Of a stretch of DNA of 64,000 bases, positions 9,187 through 18,198 are shown piece by piece (position 1 is the first letter of the stretch; each line of letters opens with the position of its first letter). Source of the DNA: Candidatus Falkowbacteria bacterium (GTDB lineage Bacteria > Patescibacteriota > Patescibacteriia > Patescibacteriales > WJLG01); contig CAVVFV010000008.1 in NCBI GenBank assembly GCA_963747695.1, forward strand, positions 203,592-267,591, in the 5' to 3' direction. Made by a program: the position numbers and the translations under genes. The notes beneath the pieces were generated by a model, which did no database searches, was not told the origin of the DNA, and saw only the letters and a list, made by a program, of their open reading frames with translations.

Positions 9187-9534
9187 ATGGAAAGAAAGTT
9201 ACACATAATTGACGCGGAAGGAAAAGCGATCGGCCGTCTGGCTACTCAGATTGCCACGATTTTACGCGGCAAAAATAAAGTTTCTTATCGTCCTCATCTG
9301 GACGAGGGCGATTGCGTCCAAGTGATCAATGCCGATAAGGTCAAGATCACCGGCAAGAAATTGCAACAGAAGAAATATTATCGCGTTTCCCAATATCCGG
9401 GCGGTCTTAAGGAAACCAGCTTGGAAGAATTGATGGCCAAAAAACCCGGCGAGGCTTTGAAAAAAGCGGTCAAGCAGATGCTGCCGAACACCAAATTGCG
9501 CCCGGGAATGTTAAAAAGATTGATTATTAAGTAA
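9187..9534 (+). CDS. rplM: 50S ribosomal protein L13 (short, 115 aa)
   Basis: IIDAEGKAIGRLATQIATILRGKNK...GGLKE...AVKQMLPNTKL. Confidence 0.9.
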   Translation: MERKLHIIDAEGKAIGRLATQIATILRGKNKVSYRPHLDEGDCVQVINADKVKITGKKLQQKKYYRVSQYPGGLKETSLEELMAKKPGEALKKAVKQMLPNTKLRPGMLKRLIIK

Positions 9535-9610
9535 ATTTTGATAAATTCTATAATCCAAATCTAAAAAAATTCGTGGATTTGGATGAATTTGTAGATTAGG
9601 ATTATATTTT

Positions 9611-10099
9611 ATGCCTACGAAAAAGACAACCAAGAAGTCCGAAGCGGCTGCTCCTAATGTTGCTCCGCATAAAGAAGTCGCGGAAGTTAAGGAAGAAATC
9701 TCTTCGACTAAAGGAAAATATATCAAGGCCATCGGCCGCCGCAAGACCGCCTCGGCTCAGGTTCGCGTTTATCTTACCGGTAAAGGTGAAATTATTGTTA
9801 ACGGCAAACCGGTGGAGAAATATTTTGATGAAGACCGCGCCGCCATCTGCGTTCAGCCTTTAAAATTGACCGGTGTTGGCAAGGATGTGGATATTTCCGT
9901 CTTGTGCAAAGGCGGCGGAGTCAACTCCCAAGCCGAAGCGATGCGCCATGGTCTGGCCCGCGTCCTGATCCTTTTGGATCCGGAATTGAACGGGGCGATC
10001 CGCGCCAAAGGCTGGATGACCCGCGACTCCCGCAAGGTGGAAAGAAAGAAACCTGGTCTTAAGAAAGCCAGAAGAGCTCCGCAATGGAGCAAGCGCTAA
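9611..10099 (+). CDS. rpsI: 30S ribosomal protein S9 with ~30-aa N-terminal extension
   Basis: AIGRRKTASAQVRVY...GGGVNSQAEAMRHGLARVL...DSRKVERKKPGLKKARRAPQWSKR. Confidence 0.9.
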   Translation: MPTKKTTKKSEAAAPNVAPHKEVAEVKEEISSTKGKYIKAIGRRKTASAQVRVYLTGKGEIIVNGKPVEKYFDEDRAAICVQPLKLTGVGKDVDISVLCKGGGVNSQAEAMRHGLARVLILLDPELNGAIRAKGWMTRDSRKVERKKPGLKKARRAPQWSKR

Positions 10100-10122
10100 T
10101 CCTATACTTAGTTTACGTATTC

Positions 10123-10153
10123 AAAAACAGCGGGTTTTATCCCGCTGTTTTTT
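10123..10153 (+). terminator. rho-independent terminator after rpsI
   Basis: aaaaacagcggg / cccgctgttttt stem, T-run 10148-10153. Confidence 0.8.
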
Positions 10154-10155
10154 GT

Positions 10156-10163
10156 GCTATAAT
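10156..10163 (+). promoter_or_regulatory. extended -10 box (TGcTATAAT) 10 nt before ATG 10174: near-leaderless transcript
   Basis: tgctataat read at 10155-10163; no room for an SD. Confidence 0.4.
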
Positions 10164-10173
10164 ATAACCACCT

Positions 10174-10899
10174 ATGGATACTTTAGATGAAGAGGCATTC
10201 AGGTTTGTAAAAAAGAATAAAAAAGAAATAATTAAAAAGTTTGCTAGCACAGACCTTTATCTGGAAAACGACGAACCGTCTTTTTATTTTATGGCAGGAT
10301 GTCCTGGTGCCGGAAAGACCGAATTTTGCAAAGGATTTATCCAGATATTGTCAGAGCAGGGTCTTTCGAGTAAGGGAATTTTACGAATTGACCCCGATGA
10401 TATTAGGGAGATTTTTAGAGATAGAGGATATAACGGAGTAAATTCCGATTTATTTAAAAGATCGTGTGTTAAGGCGGTAGAAATTCTTTATGACACCGCA
10501 ATATCTAGAAAATTAAATACCATCTTTGACGGAACTTTTCATAACCTCGAAAGTTCCTCAAGGAATATAAGCAGGGCAATTGATGTTGGGGCAAATGTAA
10601 GCATTTTTTATATTTATCAAGATCCAATCATTGCTTGGGAATTTTCAAAAATCAGAGAAAGAAAAGAAGGCAGGATTGTGCCAAAGAAATTTTTTATTGA
10701 AGCTTTTTTTAAGTCAAAAGATAATGTTAATAATATTAAGCAATTATACGGAAATAAGGTGGTGGTCACTTTGATTAATAAAAAAGCCAATAATATTAAT
10801 TTTGAATCAAAGTTTAATATTGATAAGATTGACAATTATCTTAAAGTAAGCTATACTCCCGAAGACTTGGAACAAGTCATTAAGGAAATAAATATATGA
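10174..10899 (+). CDS. zeta-toxin/AAA_33-type P-loop kinase
   Basis: Walker A FYFMAGCPGAGKTEF, then RIDPDDIRE and FDGTF blocks typical of zeta-like kinases. Confidence 0.65.
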   Translation: MDTLDEEAFRFVKKNKKEIIKKFASTDLYLENDEPSFYFMAGCPGAGKTEFCKGFIQILSEQGLSSKGILRIDPDDIREIFRDRGYNGVNSDLFKRSCVKAVEILYDTAISRKLNTIFDGTFHNLESSSRNISRAIDVGANVSIFYIYQDPIIAWEFSKIRERKEGRIVPKKFFIEAFFKSKDNVNNIKQLYGNKVVVTLINKKANNINFESKFNIDKIDNYLKVSYTPEDLEQVIKEINI

Positions 10900-11066
10900 T
10901 ATTTTTTAGAAAAAAAGCTAAAGACATAAACTTTTCCAGCCTAAAGGCCGGGGAAAAGGTAAAAATAATCAAGAGGGCTGTCGAGGTTTCGAACCGGGAG
11001 CAACTCGATGTGATAAGAAAATACGGTGATACTCAGGCTACCCGCGGTTTTTGTGATTGTAAATAA
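10896..11066 (+). CDS. 56-aa ORF translationally coupled (ATGA overlap) to the zeta-like kinase
   Basis: Own translation MIFFRKKAKDINFSSLKAGEKVKIIKRAVEVSNREQLDVIRKYGDTQATRGFCDCK; followed by a terminator. Confidence 0.4.
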   Translation: MIFFRKKAKDINFSSLKAGEKVKIIKRAVEVSNREQLDVIRKYGDTQATRGFCDCK

Positions 11067-11090
11067 TTTTTTTTTGAGATTATAAAATAG

Positions 11091-11119
11091 AAACGCTACC
11101 CTCGGGGAAGCGTTTTTTG
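11091..11119 (+). terminator. rho-independent terminator
   Basis: aaacgctaccc / ggggaagcgttt imperfect stem + T6. Confidence 0.6.
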
Positions 11120-11126
11120 TTTGGGA

Positions 11127-11155
11127 TTGACAATGTTACTTTAAAAGCGTAATTT
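11127..11155 (+). promoter_or_regulatory. sigma70-like promoter candidate
   Basis: TTGACA 11127-11132, 17-nt spacer, TAATTT 11150-11155. Confidence 0.5.
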
Positions 11156-11193
11156 GGAGCTACCAACGAACATTCAAATTTTAAGGGAGGAAA

Positions 11194-11844
11194 ATGGATA
11201 CTGAGACAAACAAAAGAATGTGTGACCTGATCGGTCGAGAGGCGTTTGCCATTATGGGCAAAATGCTCACGCAGGAGAAGCTTGATGAGTGGCCGGAAAA
11301 TGATTCCGCCGATTCATATTTGATGGAAATAAAAATGCTCCGCCAGCGTCTGCTGCAGAGTTTTTTCTTCAACAGTTTCCCTGCCATCGTCGATTACCGC
11401 GCCGAATTGAAAGATTTCATCCGGCCGCCGGCTTTCCAGGTCAATACGTCGAGTATCGTGTTTGAGCGTTTTGAAAAGATCATCGAGCAGAAGAAAGGGG
11501 TTGAATTCGGTTTTTTCTTTTTGCCTTACGAACTGCGCACGGATAATGTTATCACCGAAATGAGAAAAAGGAATTTGCGGCCGGCTAATCTGCAGGAACT
11601 TTTATACTTCTCCCGAAAATACGTCCGCTTGCTCAAATTCTTTGAATTAAGCAGTCCGTCGGCCAATTATCAAATAAGAGACTATGTTTTTTTTGCCCGG
11701 ACCAAGTATGGCTCGCCGTTTACCGAGGGAGGAAAACCCTATGTCGAAGTCGGAGCCTTTTCCCATTATAGAGAACCTAAAGAAAAGATCATTTGGTATC
11801 CGGACGTTCAGGTAATCCTCGGCGTCTATCGGTCGGTTGCCTGA
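11194..11844 (+). CDS. hypothetical cytoplasmic protein (216 aa)
   Basis: Intact ORF, strong SD aagggagg, own terminator; no motif recognised. Confidence 0.5.
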   Translation: MDTETNKRMCDLIGREAFAIMGKMLTQEKLDEWPENDSADSYLMEIKMLRQRLLQSFFFNSFPAIVDYRAELKDFIRPPAFQVNTSSIVFERFEKIIEQKKGVEFGFFFLPYELRTDNVITEMRKRNLRPANLQELLYFSRKYVRLLKFFELSSPSANYQIRDYVFFARTKYGSPFTEGGKPYVEVGAFSHYREPKEKIIWYPDVQVILGVYRSVA

Positions 11845-11860
11845 TTCATTTTTTCCATCC

Positions 11861-11890
11861 GACAGTCCCTGCAAAGGACTGTCTTTTTTT
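11861..11890 (+). terminator. rho-independent terminator
   Basis: gacagtcc / ggactgtc stem + T7. Confidence 0.85.
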
Positions 11891-11936
11891 GGTAAATTAT
11901 TCCCGCGGCCGAGCCCTGGGCGACACCGCCGGTTGA

Positions 11937-11964
11937 TTGACATTTTCATATTTTGTGTTATATT
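11937..11964 (+). promoter_or_regulatory. sigma70-like promoter candidate
   Basis: TTGACA 11937-11942, 16-nt spacer, TATATT 11959-11964. Confidence 0.45.
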
Positions 11965-12013
11965 CAATGGTTCTCTGTGGTTCGTTCTTTTCATCAAAAG
12001 GGAGGATTAATTC

Positions 12014-12811
12014 ATGCGCAGTCTGATATTTTTGCCCGTAATTTTGTCTTTCTCCATCTTCGGCGTTTTCGGCGATGGGGCGGGAAATAAATTCGGATTG
12101 AAAAAATGTTTTCAGGAGATCAGTCTGGTAAATCCGAGCGGGGATTACCTGTACTATCAGCTTAAATCCGGCTATCATAACCAGGTCGTTGCCCTGGATG
12201 GTTTCGGGATCACTCAGTCGATGCCGGAAAGAACAGCGCTGGTTTCCGAACTGGATATTTTTAAGAAATGGAGCCTGCGCAAATTTGATTATCTTCGCCC
12301 CAATCAGGTTGATGAGTTTTATCGTCGCGCTGATGAAATCGCTTTAAGCGTCAGTGGCAAGCAGATTCCCGAATTTGACCGACGTGAGGCACTGATGATT
12401 TTAGTCAAAGTATTGCGACGGCAGTTGGTAGATTTTCCGGATAGCAACCGGACGGAAGTGAAAAGCTTGATCGGCAATCTGACAGTATCCGAATATTTCC
12501 TATCCGGCGCGAGTCGAGTGCAATATTATTGCGTTTACGTTGCTTGGTCGGCGGTGTTAATCTTTGACCATTGGAAAAAGATCAATCCGAATTTAGCCGG
12601 CGTCGATTTGTTCGAGTTTTCGATCGATCATCCGGCTCATTCGCTGAATTTGATAACCGAGCAGACTGCCGCCGGGACTAAACTGTATTTTGTGGATTTT
12701 CTCCGCGACCAATTTTGGGATTGTGGCCGTAGTTTTATAGCATCAGATCCCGACGTTTGGTCTCAAATTGAAATGCGCGACGGAATGATCGACCGCGCTT
12801 TTTCAGAGTAA
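12014..12811 (+). CDS. hypothetical exported protein (265 aa)
   Basis: Signal-like N-terminus MRSLIFLPVILSFSIFGVFG; SD gggagg; own terminator. Confidence 0.5.
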   Translation: MRSLIFLPVILSFSIFGVFGDGAGNKFGLKKCFQEISLVNPSGDYLYYQLKSGYHNQVVALDGFGITQSMPERTALVSELDIFKKWSLRKFDYLRPNQVDEFYRRADEIALSVSGKQIPEFDRREALMILVKVLRRQLVDFPDSNRTEVKSLIGNLTVSEYFLSGASRVQYYCVYVAWSAVLIFDHWKKINPNLAGVDLFEFSIDHPAHSLNLITEQTAAGTKLYFVDFLRDQFWDCGRSFIASDPDVWSQIEMRDGMIDRAFSE

Positions 12812-12820
12812 TACCTTAGC

Positions 12821-12854
12821 GGCAGAGTCTTTCACCAAGACTCTGCCTTTTTTT
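12821..12854 (+). terminator. rho-independent terminator
   Basis: ggcagagtct / agactctgcc stem + T7; stem is the same ggcagagtc word used at 26751-26953 and 63124-63217. Confidence 0.85.
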
Positions 12855-12929
12855 AACTCTTTCAATTTTCGTAAATTTTTGCTAAAGTTATAGAATAATA
12901 CAATTTTTAATTTTTAACTTTTAATTGAC

Positions 12930-13736
12930 GTGATCGGTGTCTTTGATTCCGGCGTTGGTGGTTTGACCGTCTTAAAATCGTTGCTGAAGCAGCTGCCTAA
13001 TTATGATTATATCTATTTAGGCGATAATGCCCGCACGCCCTACGGAAATAAAACCAAAGAGGAAGTCTATGAATATACCCGTCAGGCGGTTGATTTTTTG
13101 TTTAAGCAAGGCTGCGATCTGATCATCGTCGCTTGTAATACGGCATCGGCTTTGGCCTTAAGAAAAATCCAGCAAGAATATCTGCCCAAAAAATATCCTG
13201 GTAAGAAGATTCTCGGCGTGGTCCGGCCGATGGCCGAGGCGATCGCCAAGAATCATCACACCAAAAAAATCGGCATCATCGGCACCAAGGCGACGATCAA
13301 ATCAAAAATTTACCCCAAAGAAATCAAGGCGCTTAATAATAAATTGAAAATTTATTGCCAGAGCGCGCCGCTGCTCGTGCCTTTGATCGAGTCCGGGTGG
13401 GACGATCCCCGAGAAGTTAAGGAAACAATTGAGAAATATTTGAAACCGTTGAAAAAGGCCAAGATTGACTTATTGGTTTTGGGATGTACTCATTATCCAT
13501 ACCTAGAAAAGCAGATTTGCCAGACAATGGGCAAGGGCTGTAAGATTTATAATTCAGGGGAGATCGTGGCTAAAAGTTTGAAGGATTACTTGAAGAGGCA
13601 CAAGGAATTGGCGATAATCCATCACGTGAAGCCCAGAATAATTTTTTATACCACCGGCGGAGTCGGGATGTTCAAGCTATTGGGTGATCGGTTTTTGGGA
13701 AGAAAGATTGAAAATATACAGAGAATAAAGTTATAA
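12930..13736 (+). CDS. murI: glutamate racemase
   Basis: IGVFDSGVGGLTVL, IVACNTASA, LGCTHYP catalytic-cysteine motifs; GTG start. Confidence 0.9.
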   Translation: MIGVFDSGVGGLTVLKSLLKQLPNYDYIYLGDNARTPYGNKTKEEVYEYTRQAVDFLFKQGCDLIIVACNTASALALRKIQQEYLPKKYPGKKILGVVRPMAEAIAKNHHTKKIGIIGTKATIKSKIYPKEIKALNNKLKIYCQSAPLLVPLIESGWDDPREVKETIEKYLKPLKKAKIDLLVLGCTHYPYLEKQICQTMGKGCKIYNSGEIVAKSLKDYLKRHKELAIIHHVKPRIIFYTTGGVGMFKLLGDRFLGRKIENIQRIKL

Positions 13737-13831
13737 TATTCAATATCAAATAATAAATAACCAAAAAATATTTAAATATTAAAATATTATATTATTGTTT
13801 TGAGTATTGGATATTGGTTATTTGATATTTG
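13737..13831. repeat. word palindrome, aataaataacc / atattaaa words
   Basis: caaataataaataaccaa ... ttggttatttgatatttg; sister copy 38871-38965. Confidence 0.65.
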
Positions 13832-13854
13832 TCGACTGAACCCAAAAAATAATT

Positions 13855-14946
13855 ATGGAGAATTTACTGAAGAGAATCGAAAATTTGAAGAAGCGCCTGG
13901 CGGATGTCTGGCAGGTTTTGCAATTGGAAAAAGCCAAGGCAGAATTGACGGAGAAGCGGGGGATTATGGAAGAGGAAGGATTTTGGAATGACCAGGAGCA
14001 GGCGGTGAAAGTGAGCAAGGAAGCGGAAGATCTGGATAAGGAAGTTAAAAGATGGGAAAAGATCAAGAATGAGATCGAGGAATTTTTGGAGCTGATCAAT
14101 GAAGCGATCAAAGAAAAGGATAATGAATTGGAAAAAGATATTGATAAGAATCTGGCTGATCTGGAAAAAAGATTTGAAGAAATGGAATTTTTTGCCTTAT
14201 TCTCGGGGAAATATGACCGCGACAATGCGATCCTATCTATTCATGCCGGAACCGGCGGAGTGGACGCGCAGGATTGGGCGCAGATTTTGGAACGGATGTA
14301 TCTGCGTTTTGCCGAGCGGATGGATTTCCGCGCTGAAATAATCGACCGCACGGTCGGCAACGAAGCCGGCATCAAGAGCGTTTCGATCAAGATCGACGGG
14401 CTTTGGGCTTATGGCCATTTGAAATCCGAATCAGGAGTACATCGCCTGGTGCGCATTTCGCCGTTTGATGCGGAAAAGATGCGTCAGACTTCTTTTGCTT
14501 TGGTCGATGTGGTGCCGGAATTTCCTGAAGCTGAAGAAATTGAAATCAAGGAGGATGAGATAAAATTTGAAACTTACCGTTCATCCGGCGCGGGCGGACA
14601 GAATGTCAATAAAGTTTCCACCGCCGTCCGCTTGATCCATATTCCTACGGGGATAACGGTTCAATGCCAGACCCAGCGTTCGCAATATCAGAATCGCGAG
14701 CTGGCGATGAAATTGCTAAAATCAAAATTGATGCAGCTTAGATTAGAAGAGCAGGCCAAAGAAAAAAAAGAAGTCCGCGGCGAAGTGCAGCGGGCCGATT
14801 GGGGCAAACAGATCCGTTCGTATGTGATGCAGCCGTATCAGATGGTCAAGGATCACCGCACCGAATATGAAACTTCGGATATCAAAAGCGTTTTGGACGG
14901 CGAGATCGACGGCTTTATTGAAGCATATTTGAAGAGTAAGAAGTAG
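13855..14946 (+). CDS. prfB: peptide chain release factor 2, uninterrupted ORF
   Basis: RF2-specific SPF ([15 protein letters not shown]) and GGQ ([11 protein letters not shown]); no internal frameshift site. Confidence 0.9.
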   Translation: MENLLKRIENLKKRLADVWQVLQLEKAKAELTEKRGIMEEEGFWNDQEQAVKVSKEAEDLDKEVKRWEKIKNEIEEFLELINEAIKEKDNELEKDIDKNLADLEKRFEEMEFFALFSGKYDRDNAILSIHAGTGGVDAQDWAQILERMYLRFAERMDFRAEIIDRTVGNEAGIKSVSIKIDGLWAYGHLKSESGVHRLVRISPFDAEKMRQTSFALVDVVPEFPEAEEIEIKEDEIKFETYRSSGAGGQNVNKVSTAVRLIHIPTGITVQCQTQRSQYQNRELAMKLLKSKLMQLRLEEQAKEKKEVRGEVQRADWGKQIRSYVMQPYQMVKDHRTEYETSDIKSVLDGEIDGFIEAYLKSKK

Positions 14947-14961
14947 AAGTATTTCGTCATG

Positions 14962-15088
14962 TTTGTCATCCTGAGGCCTCTGGCTGAAGGATCTGATGCT
15001 TCCTGCGATAGAAATAGTTTGATATAAAATAATGCATGTGCGTTTCATGGAAGGATCGGATCCTTCGCGCGGCGCTCAGGATGACAAA
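14962..15088. repeat. long-range palindromic spacer element
   Basis: tttgtcatcctgag (14962-14975) pairs with ctcaggatgacaaa (15075-15088); inner palindrome ggaaggatcggatccttc. Confidence 0.6.
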
Positions 15089-15093
15089 AAAAG

Positions 15094-16620
15094 ATGAAGA
15101 GGAGGGTCGTTATTTTTGTTGCCTGCTGGTTTCTGGCCGGCGGCATAGTTTTAGCTTCGTTTTTGCCGAAAGACTGGATGTACTTCGGCCTTTATTATTT
15201 TAGCGCCCTAATATTTTTCTTGGTTCTTGCGGCCTGGTTTTGGCGAAAGAAGAATGCGCGTGCCATTTTAATTTGGGCGGCTTTTTTATTTTTCGGTATT
15301 TGGCGATTTGCCGTCAGTTTGCCGGTCGATTCGTCGGATAAGATTTGGTTTTACAACGGCCATAAAATCGAATTCATCGGCGTGGTGGCCGGCGAACCGG
15401 CGGCGCGAGGCAAGAATCAAGAGTTGGAAATGAAAAGTTTGGCAACGGCCCCCCTCCTTTTTAAGGAGGGGTCTGGGGGTGGTTCGGAACGAATAGTTGA
15501 AGGGAAAGTTTTAGTGATGGCAGCGCTTTATCCGCAATATGATTACGGCGAAGTTTTGCGAATCACCTGCAAATTGAAGCGGCCGCAAAATTTTGACGGT
15601 TTCGATTACGAAAAATATCTGGCAGCGCAGGGAATCTATTCGACCTGCAGTTTTCCGCAGATTGAAATTCTGCCCGATAAATTTTTGTCGCCGCCGGTCT
15701 TGGCGGAGAAAAAAAGCTTATCGCGTTTTAGCTGGCTGTGGGGTGGAATTTTTTATGTCCGGGAAAAATTAAGCGCCACAATCGACAGCGGTCTGACCGA
15801 ACCCGAGGCCGGCCTGCTCAAAGCTTTTTTGTTGAACGATCCGACCGTGCCTGACGATTTGAACATTTCTTTCCGCCAGAGCGGCTTGGCGCATATCGTC
15901 GCGATTTCCGGCTCGCACATCTCGGAGCTGATCGGCATCATTTTTTTCTGCCTGTTGTTTTTCGGTTTGAACCGTCGCCATGCTTTCTGGTTCTGCGTGC
16001 CGGTGATAATTTTTTACGTGGCGATGATCGGCGCTCCGGCTTCGGCTCTGCGAGCGGGGATAATGGGATTTTTAGTTTTATTGGCAATGTATTTGGGGCG
16101 CTTGGCGCGATTGGATTATACTTTAGCGCTGGCCGCAGCCGGCATGCTGTTAATTAATCCGCTGCTGGTGATCGCTGATGCCGGATTTCAGTTATCCTTC
16201 TTGGCGGTTTTGGGAATGATCTATCTTTATCCGGTTTTTGATCAATGGCTTGCGAGGTTTTACGAAAACAAAAATTCAACCACCCCCAGACCCCTCCTTG
16301 GAAAGGAGGGGAGTTTGCCGCAACGCGTCATTAAAATAATTTGCCAGACGGCCGCGCTGACGATCGCCGCCCAGGTTTTTACCGCGCCGATTTTGATTTT
16401 TGGGTTTCACCAAATTTCCCTGGTTGCGCCGATTGCCAACTTGTTCGCGCTTTGGTCCGCGCCGTTCATTATGATTTCCGCCTTCATTGCCATGACCGTA
16501 TCGGCAATAATGCCAGCCGGCGCGGTCTATTTTTTCCTGCCCACTGATATTTTAGTTAAATATCTTATCGCCGTAGCGCAAATTTCCGCCAGCTTGCCGT
16601 TCGCTTATTGGAAATTTTAG
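15094..16620 (+). CDS. comEC: ComEC/Rec2-family DNA internalisation channel (no metallo-beta-lactamase domain)
   Basis: Polytopic; competence-domain block FRQSGLAHIVAISGSHIS; carries two in-frame hairpin elements. Confidence 0.8.
   Translation: MKRRVVIFVACWFLAGGIVLASFLPKDWMYFGLYYFSALIFFLVLAAWFWRKKNARAILIWAAFLFFGIWRFAVSLPVDSSDKIWFYNGHKIEFIGVVAGEPAARGKNQELEMKSLATAPLLFKEGSGGGSERIVEGKVLVMAALYPQYDYGEVLRITCKLKRPQNFDGFDYEKYLAAQGIYSTCSFPQIEILPDKFLSPPVLAEKKSLSRFSWLWGGIFYVREKLSATIDSGLTEPEAGLLKAFLLNDPTVPDDLNISFRQSGLAHIVAISGSHISELIGIIFFCLLFFGLNRRHAFWFCVPVIIFYVAMIGAPASALRAGIMGFLVLLAMYLGRLARLDYTLALAAAGMLLINPLLVIADAGFQLSFLAVLGMIYLYPVFDQWLARFYENKNSTTPRPLLGKEGSLPQRVIKIICQTAALTIAAQVFTAPILIFGFHQISLVAPIANLFALWSAPFIMISAFIAMTVSAIMPAGAVYFFLPTDILVKYLIAVAQISASLPFAYWKF
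15451..15484 (-). repeat. K-family GC-rich hairpin element inside comEC (inverted copy)
   Basis: cccctcctttttaaggaggggtctgggggtggtt; its reverse complement differs from 16278-16311 at 2 loop bases only. Confidence 0.85.
16278..16311 (+). repeat. K-family GC-rich hairpin element inside comEC
   Basis: aaccacccccagacccctccttggaaaggagggg; encodes TTPRPLLGKEGS in frame. Confidence 0.85.
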
Positions 16621-16678
16621 CCGAGTCTTGTCAATAGGAAATTTTTGACGAAAAAGGTATAATTTTAGTAGCAAGCAA

Positions 16679-16735
16679 TATGTAGTACGCAGTACGGTCT
16701 AAACCCATACTTCATACTACATACCCCATACTACA
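16679..16735. repeat. word palindrome, gtagtac/catact words
   Basis: atgtagtacgcagtacgg ... ccatacttcatactacat, ends at the GTG start 16738. Confidence 0.5.
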
Positions 16736-16737
16736 AA

Positions 16738-18198
16738 GTGCCAAAGTTCCGTGTCGAATTAAGAATAGCCTGGATAACCGCGCTGGCCGTGGCGGTTTTT
16801 GTGTTGGCTTGGCTCGCGATAATTCCGTCAGGGAAAATATCCTACGCGACAAATTTCAAGGGGTTTAATGATTTCATCAGCCAGCTGACGCCAAAGGAAA
16901 GGATCAGTGCCGAACCAGACGGCACGCAAGATATTATCGGCGACCCGGGATATTTTTCTTTGCGCACGCCTCGCCCGTTCAATCAGGCGAAGGTCACGGT
17001 GAAATTTCAAGCCAGTCCCGATTTGCCGATCGTCGAGGCCGGCGTTTCCACCGACGGCCGGACTTGGCAATACGATCTGCAGCCGCTTTATAATGCCAAG
17101 CTGGAAGAGCTGATGAAAAGTTGGAACGTGATTAGCGACGGCGGGACCATCCTGCTGCAGCGGACTAAACAATTCGACTCAATCGCCGATTTTTTAACCA
17201 ATCCGCCGCCGGATGATCAGATTGCTTTGTCCGATTATAATCTGAAAACTGATTATTTATTGCCAGGTTACCAGCCGCAACGCGCGACCTCGACGATGTG
17301 CCGACCGCTGGTCGGCGCTTATCAATTTTACACTTACGTCAAAAACGAAAATTTGTTCGATGATTTTATCTTCCAGGACTTAAATAAAATTTCCGGCGCC
17401 AATCCGATCGACGTCTACGTTTATTATCGCGATAAATTGATCGACAGCGAATTTTTAGCCGATGACGGCGTGATCGACGGCAATAGCGAACAAAAACCTT
17501 GGCGGCATCTGCGGTTGAATTTGGCCAACTTGCCCGAAGGAGTTTATAAAGTCGATGTGCGCGTCAACGGCGATATTGTGACCAGGTCGATCACCACCGG
17601 ACAAAGCAAGATGGCCTTCATTAATAATCTGCCTTTAGCCGACACGCCCGAAGTTTCTTGCGGTTTGAATTTTTTTACCGATGGACAAACCTTGTCAGTG
17701 CAGACTTCTCATCCGGCTGATCTGGGCAAAATAAATATCATTAAGAGTGGAACCTCGTCTTCGAGTGAGGAGCTGGATGTCAATCAGGCTTACCAGATCT
17801 TTAGCGCGAACGATTTGCCGCCCTCCGGCAGCCGGATAATTTTAACCGACGGCGGCCTCTCGCTCTCCACTGACGGACTTTTTTCGCTCTCGGCCGAGCA
17901 AATGGTTGATCCGCGTTTGAAAGTCGTTGATGCCAATTTCGACGCCGACCGCGAGGGAGTGGATTATATTTTAGCCAAATACACGCCGCCGGTGAGACGA
18001 GGGGATTGGCTCGTGGCACAGGCGAATTTTGATCTTACCGGCGCCTTTCGGCTGTGGAATAAATATTATTTTCTGATTTCCGCGCCCGGCCTTTCCGCCA
18101 CCGATCAGCTTAATGACCAGGTGCGGATCAAGGAAATCAAAGTTGATTTGACCGGCACTTCGCTTTGGGAAAAATTAAGTAAGCTAATGAAAAGATGA
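16738..18198 (+). CDS. N-terminally anchored extracytoplasmic protein of unknown function (486 aa)
   Basis: Single N-terminal TM helix; stop overlaps next ATG (ATGA at 18195-18198). Confidence 0.55.
   Translation: MPKFRVELRIAWITALAVAVFVLAWLAIIPSGKISYATNFKGFNDFISQLTPKERISAEPDGTQDIIGDPGYFSLRTPRPFNQAKVTVKFQASPDLPIVEAGVSTDGRTWQYDLQPLYNAKLEELMKSWNVISDGGTILLQRTKQFDSIADFLTNPPPDDQIALSDYNLKTDYLLPGYQPQRATSTMCRPLVGAYQFYTYVKNENLFDDFIFQDLNKISGANPIDVYVYYRDKLIDSEFLADDGVIDGNSEQKPWRHLRLNLANLPEGVYKVDVRVNGDIVTRSITTGQSKMAFINNLPLADTPEVSCGLNFFTDGQTLSVQTSHPADLGKINIIKSGTSSSSEELDVNQAYQIFSANDLPPSGSRIILTDGGLSLSTDGLFSLSAEQMVDPRLKVVDANFDADREGVDYILAKYTPPVRRGDWLVAQANFDLTGAFRLWNKYYFLISAPGLSATDQLNDQVRIKEIKVDLTGTSLWEKLSKLMKR

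Noticed and set aside
10975-11010. tRNA-like ggtttcgaacc sequence inside the 56-aa ORF
   Set aside because: There are no acceptor, D or anticodon arms around it, so a cloverleaf cannot be drawn.
13855-13960. Programmed +1 frameshift site typical of bacterial prfB
   Set aside because: The RF2 ORF is continuous from ATG 13855. No early in-frame TGA or CUU UGA C slippery site is present.
13855-14946. Alternative genetic code (UGA as Gly/Trp, as in Gracilibacteria/SR1) to explain in-frame TGAs and broken genes
   Set aside because: An intact RF2 with SPF and GGQ motifs is encoded. Conserved genes such as porB, recJ and the zeta-like kinase terminate naturally at TGA. Most breaks are true frame changes, not TGA codons.
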